64,000 nucleotides of DNA from Octopus vulgaris (Eukaryota): NCBI GenBank assembly GCA_951406725.2, contig OX597817.1, forward strand, positions 65,348,001 to 65,412,000, given 5' to 3'. The notes beneath the pieces were generated by a model. The model had not been told where the DNA came from. It ran no database searches and saw nothing but the letters and a program-made list of their open reading frames with translations. Of this stretch, positions 57,574-64,000 are shown one piece after another (position 1 is the stretch's first letter; the number at the start of each line of letters is the position of its first letter). The position numbers were made by a program, and so were the translations under genes.

Positions 57574-57659
<86 letters not shown>

Positions 57660-57687
57660 TATATATGACTTATGTATGTGTACATGC

Positions 57688-57775
<88 letters not shown>

Positions 57776-58035
57776 TGTTTGTATGTGTTTTGTATATCTA
57801 TATGTGTGCATGTGGATATTCTACAGGCTAACTTTTTTGTAATGTTTTACATATTTTAAAGTTCTATTAATGACTCGTATTAATTATTTTCCCCTTGCGT
57901 GTATTGTAAAATCTAGTTTCTCAAGATTGATAGAAAGGTGGTTAGTTCCATAACCAAGCACCCAAATAATGTAAAGTTATATTACGAAGTGGGAACGCTA
58001 AGCCGTAATGTGTATAGATGCAATGTTATTTACTC

Positions 58036-58382
58036 CATGACGAAACACAGTGAATGGCTTGCTTACAGGTTCGAACGTGTCACAAGCATATTTGAACTGG
58101 TGATCACATTCTATTTATACACATCACTGCCCAGCGCTCCCACACCGAAATCTGTGTATAGTGAGCCGCCTATTGGCGCTACGATGACTGGAATAGCATA
58201 AGTTTCTGTGACTGAAGAGGCGATAACTATTCCGAAATGCTAGGTAGGTGGCGTTGCGAATTGATTTAGGTGTATTTACACAATTTGTCTGCACCGAAAA
58301 CGTTTTTGCATGACAAAACAGAGTGAATGACTTTCTTACGGGTTCGAACGCGCCACAAGCATATTTGAACTGGTAATAACAT
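58036..58382 (+). repeat. ~74-bp imperfect direct repeat, period 273 bp
   Basis: 58036-58110 vs 58309-58382 share gtgaatg..tt.cttac.ggttcgaacg.g.cacaagcatatttgaactggt. Confidence 0.88.
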
Positions 58383-59657
58383 ATTTAAAGTTATATATCC
58401 AAAATTATATAGGTATGCTGTATCAGCAAAATTCTTATTTGATCATTCAGATGCTTTTCTTTTTCTTTTGTCTTTAACATTAATTTAATATCTAATGGAT
58501 AAACGATTTCTTCAACTCTTCACAATTTCTTGTTTATGTCGCAGATAAATATGTCTGGTCTATTATAACTACATCTTACACTTTTTATTTCGCAGGAACA
58601 TTCCACCATTCTTTAATTCCACCATTCTTTCATTCCACCATTCTTCCATAGTATGGCTGAGAATACATTCTATGTCAGCGTAGCGTCTGATATGCAGATC
58701 TTTTTTACAGGTTATATCTTATGCTGTATTGGTATCAACATTATGTTTGATAGATAGACATATAAGACTAATATCATTTTCGGACATCTTTTTATAGTAT
58801 TTGGTCAATACGACTAAATCACTAGATGTGGTAACTAATTAAACCCTTTTGTTAATCCGATATTTGATTGTTAGTTTCCTGCTCCTAGATTGTTACGGTA
58901 TACCATTTTGAAGAGTGAGTTAACATGACGATTGATGATCCAAGATAGGCAACTCTATATATTTCATTGTCACTCAGAAGCTTTTTGAAACCATAGCTAT
59001 ATGTCAATTCCATTCCTTTTTCTTTGCGTTAGAGAGGAGTGTGTAATTTGAAGAATTTAGCTGATATTTCTGGCATATCAAGGGAACATGTGTAGATTAA
59101 TTCGTCTACTCAAATCTTTCTTAATGTCTCTGCTTCTCTGCCGGTCTTTCTGCGCGCGCGTGTATGTATATATATATATATGTGTGTGTAGATATATATA
59201 TATATGTATATATGTATATACACACACACATATATATGTTTGTGTGTGTGTGTTTATGTATGTGTATATGTATACATATGTGTGCGTATAAGCCGAATCA
59301 GTTATAACACATATATATGCTTGTGTAAATTCGTTTTCACTTTTATTTTGTGTAGCTATTACGGCAATATAATTCCAGATTCAAGGTACCTTTTGTGAAT
59401 GGCCATACATCTCATTAACTTCGATTTACATTTACAAAGATTCTTACTTACCAAAATTTAGAATCTAGGAGAGTCTTACAGAGGATGTGATTGTTTTCTA
59501 TTTTGATTCCCCCCCTCTACCAAGTATCCATGGAAACAGAATAGATCAATCGACCGTGAATATTTTGAGTGAAGTGCCGCGAAAACGCGAAAATTGTGTA
59601 TCATATACATGCATCCATCCATCCATACATACATACATACAAACATACATACATACA

Positions 59658-59711
<54 letters not shown>

Positions 59712-59758
59712 CATATATCTATATTTATATATACACACACACACACTCATACACATAT

Positions 59759-59879
<121 letters not shown>

Positions 59880-59903
59880 CGTACATATATGCATACACAC
59901 ACG

Positions 59904-59939
<36 letters not shown>

Positions 59940-60875
59940 AATACATATAAGATTGACGAAAAAACATAATATCAGATGAAGGACTGAAAACACTCGAGAT
60001 GAAGAGTATAAAGATAAAATAATATAAATAAAATGTATTAAAAGTTGGGATGCAGGTGGAGGAGAGAGAAGATCAAAAGCAATCGCGATAATAAGCTGTT
60101 GGCTGCTTCAATTGGCCTAGTTAAAGTATCTTTAATGTCAGAATAATGACGATATCTTCAGATGTTCACTAAGTGAGGGAGGTGTAGAACAAGATTTTTT
60201 AGCAGGATGGTATGATGACGATGGAGTTGATAACGATGAGAAGATGGTGTTGCTGTTGTTGTTTATACCCAGGTCAGCTCTAACTGAGGAAGACACGATC
60301 AAAGCTTTCCTGCCATGACAATTCTTTCATTTTCTTGGTTAGTGAATACCTAGGACTACATTATTCAATATGTCTCTCTCCCTCTCAAGCTATTTTTTCA
60401 CGACGATAGTGTACAATTTAAGGGAGATATTTGGCTCCTATTTTTAACAGGCCTTTACTGAGCTCGTAGAGACTCTCTTGTTAGACCGTTACAAAGATGA
60501 GGACAACTTTGAATTTTCATTTTGAAACACGGCTACACATTTGTAGATAAAGTAGTAGGGGGTGGTGGCGTTAGATAGCTGAGGAAAGATGGAGGTAAAG
60601 TCCATGTAATCATTCTCCGGTATATTATTTCTACTTTTTCTTTTACTTTTTCTTTTAAATCGAACTCGGGATGTTGACATGCAGAATCATCTGACTTTAG
60701 CACATGAAATAGCCAGGTGTAAGAATGAAGCTAATTGTGTGATACATATGGAAATTTGTCTGCTTCTGAATTCTAATAAGTTTTTTCAATTTTGGTTTGA
60801 TGCCAGCGTTCCTTAGCGAAGAAATGCCGCTAAGAATTTTGTCCGGCGTGCTAGCGATTCTGTCAGCTAGCCGAC

Positions 60876-60942
<67 letters not shown>

Positions 60943-61250
60943 TAAAATTTCATATTGGTGGCACAACATCAAAGCCTGCTTACCAAAAACTACCAGGCTA
61001 ACGTTCTTCAAAACGGTTCTGACCCTAAATGCAGATTCTGTGACACATTTGACGAAACAATAGCCCATCTCGTCTCGGGATATCCTGTGCTGACACCAAA
61101 CAAATACAAACATCGCCACTTTAGGACAGGACAGTATTTACATTGGAAAATATATATACACTACAAAATCAGCACTCCTGCTTACAGATATAAACACTAT
61201 TTTTACCTGTCGTTGAAAGTAAAAAATGTCACTACGCTCTGGATCTTCCA
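60943..61250 (+). pseudogene. R4/Dong-type LINE fragment (CCHC finger / RHD region) following (AAT)n
   Basis: AQHQSLLTKNYQANVLQNGSDPKCRFCDTFDETIAHLVSGYPVLTPNKYKHRH..TGQYLHWKI from the ORF at 60955. Confidence 0.88.
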
Positions 61251-61697
61251 GTCAGCGCCGTTTCTTTGTTGTTTTGAAATTCTCTGTGATAGATCGTTCT
61301 CCCTATCACTTTTGTCATCCTCGCTCTTTCTCTCCACTCACCTGTTACTATTTCTTTAACTTCACTCGAACAAGGCATCACAGCAACACCGCTTCCCACT
61401 TCCTGGTTCTTCTCTAACAAATGCTTTCTCAAACTGATCGATAAACTGGACAGTCGTCCTTTTTTTTTGTTCTCCCTCTTCACCCTCTTCTTTTTATATG
61501 CAGTTGGTTTCTCCACCAAGTTGTACACACACCTTAACAGTTTGACAAAACCAAATTGAAAACTATTGTCAGAAAGGGGTCGAGATACTGATGATATTTG
61601 ATTGACAACTAACGTCAGATGAACTCGTCGGTCGTCCATTTTCTTTTTAGTTCTCGATTTGTTTGATAATTTGTCCCTTAATACCGAAACATATCTT

Positions 61698-61915
61698 TTA
61701 ACCCTTTAGTATTCAGAATACTGTGTCATATACAATGATTGTCTATTCATATTGTATTTGCATTGATTATGCATTATCTTGTGGCTTCGGGATTTCGATG
61801 TGACTGCCTTTATTTTTAGAATGACCTTGTGGGGTAGCCGGATGTGGCTAGTTTGAACATATAACAGGTACAGTGTTTGAGCCAGATATGCCTCAAACAT
61901 CGTAATGCAAAAATT
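61698..61915 (+). mobile_element. Probable piggyBac-type MITE, right end degraded
   Basis: TTAA|CCCTTTAGTATT start; ends aatgcaaaaatttt, a decayed complement of the left end. Confidence 0.45.
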
Positions 61916-62098
61916 TTAGATTACATCTCCGGCGAATTAATTTGGGATACCTTGATGACAATGTGACCTTTATTTAATTAAGAAATCTTCGGCCTGAGGA
62001 GTAACTAGTTACTCCTTGAGTAATTATTACTTCTAAGGTTGTGATAGTTATGAAACATATGTGGATTGGATTTTACCTTGTCCATTCCCTCAATTTGG

Positions 62099-62145
<47 letters not shown>

Positions 62146-62679
62146 ATATGTATATATATAGTAGAAAAAATGGTAAAAATGAACAGTCAATATTTGCAAT
62201 GAAGCAATATATATATATGATACACAAAATATGCAAGTATTAGAAAAGCGATAGATAGGATTGTTAAACGGAATGGACACAGAAAGATAAACGGACACAT
62301 TGATATGTGTGTGTGTGTATGTATACATGCATGCATACTTATATTCATATATGTGTGTGTGTGTGATTGTGTGTGTCTGTGTGTTTGTGTGTGTGTGTGT
62401 CCGTGCGTTAATCTGAGTGGGGACGAGGGATAAAGGGATGTACATTTATTCATCCATAAAAATTGGTCTGTCGTCGTGTGTGTATGTATGTTAGTGTGTG
62501 TATATGGAGAGGTAGAAAACGAGAGAGAGAGAGAGAGAAAGAGAGGGAGAGAGATAAAGAGGCAGAGAAATTTGAGAGAAAGAATCTTGAGAAAATATAA
62601 ATCGATTTCACGTCATCCAATCATTATAGATAGATCCATAGATTATTACATGCATAGGGAATAAATAACTGGATAGTCA

Positions 62680-62744
<65 letters not shown>

Positions 62745-62845
62745 CTACGTATGTATTTATGTATAAATGGATATATATATGTGCATGTTTGTGCATATAC
62801 ATACGTATATATACATATGTATATGTATGTATGTATACATATGTG

Positions 62846-62909
<64 letters not shown>

Positions 62910-63227
62910 GATTAACTGTTGAACTGGACGGACGTCTATTTGTTTCTCTCCCGAGTCAGTAGCAAGCTACACAGCTTCAAAACTAACTGACCTTAAATAT
63001 ATATATATTTGTAACCACGTGTTTGCCTACAAACCCGTAAGTACGTTTTCATTTAACTACAAATTGTTATATACACCTGTTTTTCTTTTAATATCCTCAA
63101 ACAACCAAATAATCAAAAACTCACACCCTTAAGAGAGAACATTTATATATATATACACTTTAACTCCCAAGAAAGAATATATATATTTTCAAAAATCAAA
63201 AGGAAAACAAACAAAAGAAAAACAAAC

Positions 63228-64000
63228 ATGACTAACTTGCAGGCCTGCAACAGACGAAATTGGTCTGATAACGAAATTGATGTTTTAATAAACACATGGC
63301 TCTCTCTTTCCCAAACAGAAAATCTAAATGTCTTGTGTTTGAATGAGATTGCCGAAAAAACATCACAAGTGGTCAACACACGATCCGTCAAACAGATTCG
63401 TAGCAAGTTGAAACATATCGAAGTATCTTTCAAACTGATAAGAGGCCATTATGAAAAGCTTCTACATATTTTCACAGTTCAAGAACAACAACAGCTAGAA
63501 AATCAGCAGCCACAACAACAACAACAGAATGAGCCACTCCTGGTTCCCAACACAATGGCTGACCCTGACATCGGTCAGGCACAACAACAACAACAACAGC
63601 CACAGCAACAAGAACAACAACAGCCACTCCTCAACTCTAGCTTACTAGACGATTCACTAAATGCCAGTATCTTTTCACCGCTCTCACAGCAACCACCACA
63701 ATTATCATCATCATCATCACCACCGCTGCCACCATCGTCTTCTATCACCAAAAATACCAACAGAAAACCAAATAAGAAACCACTGCCCTCTTCCCCCACA
63801 TCACCACCTCAATACTACTGCAGTAACAAAAACTTAAAGAAACATAGGAAGCAGAATGCGCCCCCCACGGCACAAACAAGAAATCCCCAAATATGCCGCT
63901 ATTCACTGCGCCAGAGACTCTGCACAAATAGTGACTGCATCTTCACGCATCTACCTGGCACTAGACGCACTACTGGCCAAGGCCAAAGCACGCATCCCAC
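63228..64000 (+). CDS. Partial ORF (at least 257 aa, runs off window): Myb/SANT-like domain + Q/S/P-rich linker + CCCH zinc finger; probable LINE (CR1/L2-group) ORF1
   Basis: Manual translation from ATG 63228 has no stop: MTNLQACNRRNWSDNEIDVLINTW...EIAEK...RSVKQIRSKLKHI...QQQ...ICRYSLRQRLCTNSDCIFTHLPGT; absent from the ORF track because it lacks a stop codon in the window. Confidence 0.8.
   Translation, partial: MTNLQACNRRNWSDNEIDVLINTWLSLSQTENLNVLCLNEIAEKTSQVVNTRSVKQIRSKLKHIEVSFKLIRGHYEKLLHIFTVQEQQQLENQQPQQQQQNEPLLVPNTMADPDIGQAQQQQQQPQQQEQQQPLLNSSLLDDSLNASIFSPLSQQPPQLSSSSSPPLPPSSSITKNTNRKPNKKPLPSSPTSPPQYYCSNKNLKKHRKQNAPPTAQTRNPQICRYSLRQRLCTNSDCIFTHLPGTRRTTGQGQSTHP

Overview
AT-rich eukaryotic (animal) DNA saturated with microsatellites and transposon debris. 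The two dominant tRNA-derived SINE families look like those I recall from octopus genomes, so a cephalopod origin is likely but inferred. No host protein-coding exon can be supported, and almost all ORFs in the supplied track are microsatellite read-throughs. Supported content: about 20 SINE copies from at least three families, including a TSD-flanked dimer; a complete but dead 1.27-kb Tc1/mariner element with DD36E (Incomer-type) spacing; an 805-bp non-autonomous Helitron with intact termini; two hAT MITEs and a hAT transposase fossil; four R4/Dong-type LINE remnants; a bipartite RTE-derived element; and two minimal Penelope-type hammerhead ribozyme motifs. There are also several template-switch inverted duplications. 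At the right edge, an uninterrupted ORF missed by the track (63228 to beyond 64000) joins a Myb/SANT-like domain, Q/S/P-rich linkers and a CCCH zinc finger, and is probably ORF1 of a young LINE. All identities and family assignments were read by eye, not computed.
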